This document shows, one piece after another, positions 17,218 through 23,717 of a DNA stretch of 25,926 nucleotides; within the stretch, counting starts at the first letter, position 1, and each line of letters starts with the position of its first letter. Position numbers and translations under genes: made by a program. The notes beneath the pieces are model-generated. The model saw only the letters and a program-made list of their open reading frames with translations, did not search any database and was not told the origin of the DNA. The stretch spans positions 1 through 25,926 of the forward strand of contig JBHGBC010000083.1 in the NCBI GenBank assembly GCA_041946805.1, written 5' to 3'. The stretch is from a bacterium. GTDB taxonomy: Bacteria > Hinthialibacterota > Hinthialibacteria > Hinthialibacterales > Hinthialibacteraceae.

Positions 17218-18048
17218 TCATTCATCCAGCACAAGAATCTCCACCTTCCGGAAATCCACCGGGTGGCTTTCCGACTGGAGGGAGATATACCCCTCCTCCA
17301 GCAGTTTGTTACCGTTTTTGATCAATGACTTGCCGTCGGGATCTTTCTCGTCCAACTGCGGCTGCTCGTATTCCAAAACCACCTCGCCGTTGATCTTGTG
17401 TTTGATGATGGCCCCGCCGTGGACTTCCACTTCCGCGGTCACCCATTGGTCACCATGATAGGTCTTGGATTTGGAATTGGTGCAATGCTGGGTGATCAAC
17501 TGGCCGCCCATGACGACATTCGTTCCCGGCGTGCACAGATTGCCGGTGGCGCGTTCATCCTTGCCATTGCCTCCCAGGAGCTGGACTTCGATGCAAACCG
17601 GGAACTCCTGATCCTTTCTCATGCTTTCAGGGGACTGGCAGTGGATCATGATCCCGCTGTTGCGAAGCGCCCAATTCGGGCCGTCAGGTATCTGCTCACC
17701 CACAAAACGGTATTCCGCCCGGATGATGTAATGGGAGAACTTGTCCTTATAGAAGATGTGCCCGAATCTTCCATTGAACTTGTCGTACTGGTCATACCGC
17801 ACCTTCAGGATGCCATCCTCCACCCGGAAGGTGTTGCCGAAATTGTCGCCCAGCTCGTACCCGGTGATTTTGGGTTTCCAGCCCTCCAGGTCCTTGCCGT
17901 TGAAGAGGGGTATCCATTTCATGTCTTGGGTTTGATCCAACTCCGCGGCATAAATCCCTCCCGCCAGGATGGCGCAAAAGATCCACGCGGCGGTTCCAAC
18001 GAGGTAGCGACAAGTGAAGTATCGGGAAAACAGGGATTGATACATCAT
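17218..18048 (-). CDS. DUF1080 (3-keto-disaccharide hydrolase family) protein
   Basis: WIPLFNGKDLEGW, FRVEDG, NSGI, IEVQLL and GYISLQSESHPVDFRKVEI motifs; hydrophobic N-terminal segment. Confidence 0.92.
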   Translation of the reverse strand: MMYQSLFSRYFTCRYLVGTAAWIFCAILAGGIYAAELDQTQDMKWIPLFNGKDLEGWKPKITGYELGDNFGNTFRVEDGILKVRYDQYDKFNGRFGHIFYKDKFSHYIIRAEYRFVGEQIPDGPNWALRNSGIMIHCQSPESMRKDQEFPVCIEVQLLGGNGKDERATGNLCTPGTNVVMGGQLITQHCTNSKSKTYHGDQWVTAEVEVHGGAIIKHKINGEVVLEYEQPQLDEKDPDGKSLIKNGNKLLEEGYISLQSESHPVDFRKVEILVLDE

Positions 18049-18314
18049 GATTCATGGCTCCTTCATGCGAGTATTCACGGGTAGTTCATTTTCAGGATGG
18101 CTTAGCGGATTTTATCCTACCAGCCCTCCCCAAGGATTTCTATTACTCTCCACTTTCCATGAGCCATTTGTCCCCGCGAAATCATGAATAATCAATCAAT
18201 CGATAATCCTGGTTGACGGAATCCGAGGAATGGGGGGAGAATGGTGTATCTTCTGGGAAGTGAAGCCGATAGCGGTTCCTGGAGAGATTATCTGTAAAAA
18301 GCAGGAGAATGCTC

Positions 18315-18953
18315 ATGAAAAACCGCCGGCGGGCGTTTACCTTGATCGAGCTGCTGATCGTGGTGGCCATCATCGGTGTCTTGGCGGCCATCGCCGTACC
18401 CAATTTCTTGAACGCCCAAGTGCGGGCGAAGATCGCGCGGGTCCGCAGTGACTTGCGGTCGTTGGCGCTGGCCATCGACAGTTACAACCTGGACCGGGGC
18501 GCGTATCCCTGGCCCATCCGCAACGGCCAAGTGCTGGGGACTTACAACCACATCGCCAATTGCATCGAACTGACCACTCCGGTATCGTACATCACGTCGG
18601 TGGACATGGAGGATCCCTTCATTCCCCGCCGGGATTGGAACAACCAGCAACACGCGATCCACCCTACGTACGTCTACGTGAATTACCGGGGGGACTGGGG
18701 ACGCCAGTGGGGCTTGAGCGCCACGGGAGTCAAGTCGCTGACCGATATGCCCAACGGGTACGGATTGACTTCGCAGGGGCCGGATGATCAGGATTCCGGC
18801 GGAGTGCACTGGCCGCTCCTGGTGCGGTATTCGAACAATCCCGCCGGCGCGAACAACACGCTGTATCATCCCTCGAACGGCCTGCGCAGTTTGGGGGACA
18901 TCACGCGCTACGGCGGCGACGTCAACGCCCCCTCCACCCTGGGCGGGGGATGA
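18315..18953 (+). CDS. Prepilin-type N-terminal cleavage/methylation domain protein (GspG-like pseudopilin)
   Basis: Basic leader MKNRRRA, then FTLIELLIVVAIIGVLAAIAVP (E at +5), Y.LD.G.YP, DPF, S.GPD and YHPSNG..S.GDI. AGGAG at 18303-18307 favours ATG 18315. Confidence 0.9.
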   Translation: MKNRRRAFTLIELLIVVAIIGVLAAIAVPNFLNAQVRAKIARVRSDLRSLALAIDSYNLDRGAYPWPIRNGQVLGTYNHIANCIELTTPVSYITSVDMEDPFIPRRDWNNQQHAIHPTYVYVNYRGDWGRQWGLSATGVKSLTDMPNGYGLTSQGPDDQDSGGVHWPLLVRYSNNPAGANNTLYHPSNGLRSLGDITRYGGDVNAPSTLGGG

Positions 18954-19349
18954 GACCGGGGGGGGCTCCAACCGGGGCGGGGATCGCTCAGGCGGCCCAA
19001 ACGCCCTTCATCCGGGAACATCCAGGCGCACGAAGCGCCCCGCTTGCGCTGGCCGGCGGACGGCTTGGGCGATCGGGCGGGGGAGTTTTTTTTCCAGGCC
19101 TCTTGGGCCTGGGTGTCCGACCGGGGATGGCGCGGGCGCGTGGTGATCTTCCACCAGCCCTGGCAGGCCAGCATCCGGTACACCGTGGACTTGGGCACGG
19201 GATGCCCCACGGCTTGCTCATGGGCCGCCTGGATCTCGCGGACCACGAGGATGCCTCCGTGTTGGGCGGGCTTCAGGAAATCCGCCGGCAGAGCTTCTTC
19301 CTCGGCCGGGGTGAGCTACATTAGTTTTCCTATGAATGCAACTTGATAT
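18954..19349 (-). mobile_element. Degenerate IS630-family transposase fragment
   Basis: Reads LTPAEEEAL...GGILVVREIQAAHEQAVGHPVPKSTVYRML..QGW.K..RPRHP...AQEAWKK (winged HTH), then an A8 tract (19086-19093), then MFPDEGRLG (first Asp of the DDE triad). No start codon; the rest of the DDE domain is missing. Confidence 0.85.
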
Positions 19350-19390
19350 GAGAGGGCGAGCCGCCGGCTCGGCGGGAGCCTCGCACTTCC
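19350..19390. repeat. REP-like palindrome (GGCTCGGCGGGAGCCTCGC) just downstream of the response regulator
   Basis: GAGGGCGAG..CGCCGGCTCGGCGGGAGCCTCGCACTTCC contains nested inverted repeats (GGCTC/GAGCC; GCGAG/CTCGC). It may act as a 3' hairpin for the minus-strand operon. Confidence 0.5.
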
Positions 19391-19400
19391 TTCCGCGGCT

Positions 19401-20774
19401 TCACTCCGGGCCGGTCGGGAATCCCTGTTCGGCATAGCGTTGCAGTTTGTAGGTCAGCGCGCGGCGGCTGATGCCCAGGGCTTTCGCGGTTTCGGTGCGG
19501 TTGAATTGACACCGGCGCAGCGCTTCCAGGATGGCGGCGCGCTCGATTTCTTCCATGCGCCGGCCGGTGGGGGTTTCTCCGGTCCGCGTTCCCATCACGG
19601 ATTTCTGGATGCGCTTGGGGAGGTGTTCGGGAATGATCAGCTCGCCCCGCGCCATCAGGACAGCCCGTTCCATGGCGTTGCGCAGCTCGCGGACGTTGCC
19701 GGGCCATTCGTATTCTTCCAGGCAACGGATGAGGGAAGCGGAGAGCCGCGGATTGCCCTGGGAGAAGCGTTCGGCGAAGCGCTTGGCGAGGGGGACGATG
19801 TCCTCGCGCCGTTCGCGCAGGGGCGGGATGTAGATTTCCATGACATTCAAGCGGAAAAAGAGATCTTCCCGGAAATTTCCCTTTTCCACCTCTTCTTCCA
19901 GGTTGCGGTTGGTGGAGGCCAGGACGCGCGCGTGAGTGATCCGCGGGGTGTTGGAGCCAACGCGTTCGAAGGAGCCGTCCTGGGTGACGCGCAGCAGCTT
20001 CGCCTGGAGGGAAGGCGACATTTCCGCGATTTCATCCAGCAGAATGGTCCCTTTGTCCGCTTCCTCGAAACGTCCGATGCGCTGACCGGCGGCGCCGGTG
20101 AAGGCCCCTTTTTCATGGCCGAACAGTTCGCTTTCCAACAGGTTGTCGGGAATCGAGGCGCAGTTCACCTTGATCAGGGGATGATCCCGGCGGGGGCTCC
20201 AGGCGTGAATCACATCGGCCAGAATTTCCTTGCCCACGCCGCTTTCGCCGGTGATCAGCACCCGGCTGTCCGTGGGGGCCACGAGGGCGGCTTCGTGGAA
20301 GATTTCGCGCATGAGCGGGCTTTGGGCGACAATTCCTTCGGGCAAGGCCAATTGGCCGGGCAGGGCGGGCGAGGGGGAATCCTGGATGCCCAGGACGTCC
20401 AGAACCGAGGCGAGCAGTTCATCGAGGTCAATGGGTTTTTCCAAATAATTGACGGCGCCGTCCCGCATGGCGTGGACCGCGTCGCGGACATCGGGGTAGG
20501 CGGTGATCAACAGGATGGGGAGCGTGGAGAACTTCTCCCGGGAGCGTCGCAACATCTCCAGGCCGGAGACGCCGGGCATGCGCACATCGGATATCATTAA
20601 CTGAATCCCGCGGGAATCGAGGAGGTTCAGGGCCTCTTCCCCGGAGGCGGCGGACTCCACCGGGAAGCCTTGGCCGGTGAGGAAGGAAACCAAGAGATTG
20701 CGCTGATTGGAATCGTCGTCCACGACGAGAATCGTGAAACGGGACCGCTTATCCTGGAACGCCGGATTCGACAT
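19401..20774 (-). CDS. Sigma54-dependent response regulator (NtrC/ZraR/AtoC family)
   Basis: Receiver domain (VDDD, SDVRMP, EKP); AAA+ domain with GESGVGKE, intact GAFTGA, ILLDE, FREDLFFRLN and WPGNVREL; C-terminal Fis-type HTH. Confidence 0.95.
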   Translation of the reverse strand: MSNPAFQDKRSRFTILVVDDDSNQRNLLVSFLTGQGFPVESAASGEEALNLLDSRGIQLMISDVRMPGVSGLEMLRRSREKFSTLPILLITAYPDVRDAVHAMRDGAVNYLEKPIDLDELLASVLDVLGIQDSPSPALPGQLALPEGIVAQSPLMREIFHEAALVAPTDSRVLITGESGVGKEILADVIHAWSPRRDHPLIKVNCASIPDNLLESELFGHEKGAFTGAAGQRIGRFEEADKGTILLDEIAEMSPSLQAKLLRVTQDGSFERVGSNTPRITHARVLASTNRNLEEEVEKGNFREDLFFRLNVMEIYIPPLRERREDIVPLAKRFAERFSQGNPRLSASLIRCLEEYEWPGNVRELRNAMERAVLMARGELIIPEHLPKRIQKSVMGTRTGETPTGRRMEEIERAAILEALRRCQFNRTETAKALGISRRALTYKLQRYAEQGFPTGPE

Positions 20775-20811
20775 AGACCGCCACTTTTCCAAGATTCTTT
20801 CAGAGGATCGT

Positions 20812-22386
20812 TCAAAGGATTCTCATGCCGCCGATATGGAATAACGCCCCTCCTTCCGGCGGGGAAGCGCATACCACCGTCCAGCCATGCGACATCACGA
20901 TCTGCCGCACAACGGCCAGCCCCAGCCCGGTACCCTTGGAATGGGTGGTGAAGTACGGTTGGAAAATTATATCCCGATTTTCTTCCGGCACACCGGGGCC
21001 GTTGTCCCGGATTTCCAGAAAACCTTCCGCGGGCGACGAACGGCCGGTGGTGATCTCCACCCGGCCGCCGGGGGGGACGGACTGAATGGCGTTGATCAGC
21101 AGATTGAAAACGACCTGGCGCAGGAGCGATTCATCCGCGTCGACGGTGAGGCTGGGCCCGGACTGTTGGAACTCAATGGCCTTGTCCTCGAGGTCGGAGC
21201 GGAGAGCGCGTTCCACGTCCTGAACCACCGCGTGCACCGCCACCGGCGCGGGTTTCGGCTTGCGGGGCTTGGAATAGTCGATGAACTCGTTGAGTTGGGC
21301 GGTTACCCGGTCGACTTCCTCGGTGATCATGACCGAGCGGTCACGGGTTTCGTCCGGAATGCCGGTTTGCTTGGCGATCATCTGCGCCAGGCCGCGGACG
21401 ATGTTCAGCGGATTGCGCGTTTCATGCGCCAGGCCCGCGGCGGCGATGTTCATTTCCCGCAGGTTGGCGTTCATCTCGCTGGCGCGGACCAGCCGGAGTT
21501 GCAGGTCACCCGTCTTGATCTGGTTGCGCCACGCCAGCCAGATGCCCACCATGGCGAGGAGGGAAAATCCGCCGATGGTGGAACGCATCCACAAATCCTT
21601 GGACAAGGCGCTGTTATAACCCTGGGTGGACAGGACAAGAACGAATCCATGCAATCCTTGCTTTTGCAGCAGCGATTGGTATTGGCTTTCGTCCATCCAG
21701 AACGGCCGGCCGAACCAGGGCGGGCGGCGGCGCGCCCCGGGCCCTCCGCGCCGGTCCCGGTCCGCGGCACCCATCTCGGAGGGAGTAGCCTCGGTGAGCG
21801 CGCCCGTCGCGGACGCCGGGCCGCGGTTCTCCCATTCCGGCGGGGGCGGACCGTCGGCAAACGGCGGCGGGCCGCCGTCCGGTGAAGGCGGGCCGCCGTC
21901 CGGCGGGGGCGGAGGCCCCTCCCGCTCGTCCCGGCGGGGTTCGGGCAAGGGCAGAATCAGAGTGCGGGGTTCGCCGGGACGGGTATCCTCCGGGTCCACC
22001 CCCAGATCGACCAGGTTAACGTACGTGACGGTTTCGGTTCCCCAGCGTTCGCCGGTTTGAGGGAGATTGTCAATATCGATAGGGGTAGTGGATTCCCCGG
22101 CGGAAGTCACGACCTCGCCCAAGGCGTTGAGCAAGGCGATGGATTGCAGATCTTCCTGCTTGCTCAAGTCTTGGAGGGCCTGTTCCAGCCGGTTTTTGGA
22201 AATGACGCCCCCGAAGCGGCGCATGGAACGGATCACCGTGGCCAGCGAGTTAGTGATGTCGCGCGTCCGGTTCAGCAATCCCGTGCGGACATTGGCTTTG
22301 AAACGGTGATGATCGATCACCTGCCATCCGATGATCACCAGCCAGATGAGAACCAGAATAAGAGGGATGGTGGTTTTCCGTTGCAT
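20812..22386 (-). CDS. Membrane-bound sensor histidine kinase with a Pro/Gly-rich periplasmic insertion
   Basis: Two TM segments; H-box AHETRNPL, N-box NLLINA, DNGPG, IFQPYFTT and GTGLGL. Confidence 0.95.
   Translation of the reverse strand: MQRKTTIPLILVLIWLVIIGWQVIDHHRFKANVRTGLLNRTRDITNSLATVIRSMRRFGGVISKNRLEQALQDLSKQEDLQSIALLNALGEVVTSAGESTTPIDIDNLPQTGERWGTETVTYVNLVDLGVDPEDTRPGEPRTLILPLPEPRRDEREGPPPPPDGGPPSPDGGPPPFADGPPPPEWENRGPASATGALTEATPSEMGAADRDRRGGPGARRRPPWFGRPFWMDESQYQSLLQKQGLHGFVLVLSTQGYNSALSKDLWMRSTIGGFSLLAMVGIWLAWRNQIKTGDLQLRLVRASEMNANLREMNIAAAGLAHETRNPLNIVRGLAQMIAKQTGIPDETRDRSVMITEEVDRVTAQLNEFIDYSKPRKPKPAPVAVHAVVQDVERALRSDLEDKAIEFQQSGPSLTVDADESLLRQVVFNLLINAIQSVPPGGRVEITTGRSSPAEGFLEIRDNGPGVPEENRDIIFQPYFTTHSKGTGLGLAVVRQIVMSHGWTVVCASPPEGGALFHIGGMRIL
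21866..21903 (-). repeat. In-frame tandem repeat (21-bp period) encoding PDGGPP in the kinase sensor loop
   Basis: GGCGGGCCGCCGTCCGG is identical at 21866-21882 and 21887-21903, with a degenerate third unit near 21845-21857. Confidence 0.8.
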
Positions 22387-22392
22387 GATGGT

Positions 22393-23688
22393 TTAGAACG
22401 CCCGGGAGGGGACGGCCTTGCTGTCCCGGGATTTTTTCGCGTTCGCGCCGGCTTTCGTCGAGGTTTTCTTCTTGGCCGCCGGTTGTTCCTTGGCCGCCGG
22501 TTCCGCTTTCTCCTGGACCGCGCCGGCCTTGGGAGCGGTTTCCGGTCCCGGTTGAATTTCGGCCGGCTGGATATCCCCCGCTTCGTTGCCGAGAGCCTTC
22601 TTCTGCTGTTCGTCGAAGAACTTGTTCAGTTGGTCCTCGGAAAAGGCCTGAGGAATCAGCTGGGAAGCCTGTTTTTCCTTGTTCGAGAGATCCACCAGGG
22701 GCTCGGGCCCCTCGACCACGTAGGGCGTCAGAAAGATCAACAATTCGGTCTTGGACGTATTCTTGATTTTCCGGCGGAAGGCCAGGCCCAGGAGAGGGAT
22801 ATCCCCCAGCACCGGGACCTTGGTCAACGTTTCCGTGTTATTGTCCTCCATCATGCCGCCGATGACTACGGTCTTCCCATTGGGCGTGCGCACCACCGTG
22901 TCGGCGGAGCGCTTGGCGAAGACCGGCGATTCGAGGGTGTTGGAGATGGGCACGGTTTCATCGGTCATGGTCGAGATTTCGGGCGCGAGGATCATTTCCA
23001 CCAGGCCGTCCTGGGTGATGAACGGGGTGACGCGCAGGATGATCCCGATATCCTCGTATTCGAGCGTGTTGATGGTCTGTCCGTCATCGGTGATGCGGGA
23101 GTTCGTGATCAAGGGAACTTCCTTGCCCACGGTGATCACCGCCTCCTGATTGTTGCGTGTCAGCACCGACGGCCGCGATAGGATTTCGGTCCTCCCCTTC
23201 TCCTGAATCGCGCGCAAGGTCATCTGGAAGTCGTTTTCCAGAATCCGATAGAAGCCGCCCTGGGTTTCCGCGGCCACCCCGAAAACGGTCTCCAGGATCC
23301 CGCCGTTCCTTCCGCCATCGTCGGCGTTTATGGAGCCTTCGATCCCGATATCGGAGTCGTCCCGGTAGGTGACTTCCAGGAACACGACTTTGATCAGCAC
23401 CTGCTGGACGGGGTGGTCCAGGCTCTTGATGATGTCGCCGATGTGCTGGTTCGTCTCTTCGTCGGTGATGACGATGATGGAGCGCGTGTCGTAATCGGCC
23501 TCGATGATCGCCTCGCCGACCATGCCGTTGGGCGTGTAGGTCCGCTGGTAGGAACTCGACGTCGAACCCATGAAGCCGCGGGATTGCTGGCCCATTCCCG
23601 CGAATTGGGCCTTGGCTTCAACCGCCGCCCATCCCAGGACCAAGAGGCCGGCGGCCAGTGTTCTCCAAACTGCGTTAAACCTGTTCAT
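22393..23688 (-). CDS. Short type II secretion secretin (GspD-like barrel with only half an N domain)
   Basis: Own RBS (GAGGT) and Sec signal (..AVEAKA-Q); QVLIKVVFLEV, ILSRPSVLTRNNQEAVITVG, GIILRVTPFI, GKTVVIGGM, KVPVLGDIPLLGLAFR and TELLIFLTPYV motifs; Lys/Ala-rich tail. Confidence 0.93.
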   Translation of the reverse strand: MNRFNAVWRTLAAGLLVLGWAAVEAKAQFAGMGQQSRGFMGSTSSSYQRTYTPNGMVGEAIIEADYDTRSIIVITDEETNQHIGDIIKSLDHPVQQVLIKVVFLEVTYRDDSDIGIEGSINADDGGRNGGILETVFGVAAETQGGFYRILENDFQMTLRAIQEKGRTEILSRPSVLTRNNQEAVITVGKEVPLITNSRITDDGQTINTLEYEDIGIILRVTPFITQDGLVEMILAPEISTMTDETVPISNTLESPVFAKRSADTVVRTPNGKTVVIGGMMEDNNTETLTKVPVLGDIPLLGLAFRRKIKNTSKTELLIFLTPYVVEGPEPLVDLSNKEKQASQLIPQAFSEDQLNKFFDEQQKKALGNEAGDIQPAEIQPGPETAPKAGAVQEKAEPAAKEQPAAKKKTSTKAGANAKKSRDSKAVPSRAF

Positions 23689-23717
23689 GATGGTTACCTC
23701 GATTGGTAGAGGGGGAA

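Noticed and set aside
18184..18208. AATC-rich run (AATAATCAATCAATCGATAAT) as an operator between DUF1080 and the pilin gene
   Set aside because: Only a 6-bp palindromic core with no second copy; indistinguishable from AT-rich promoter sequence.
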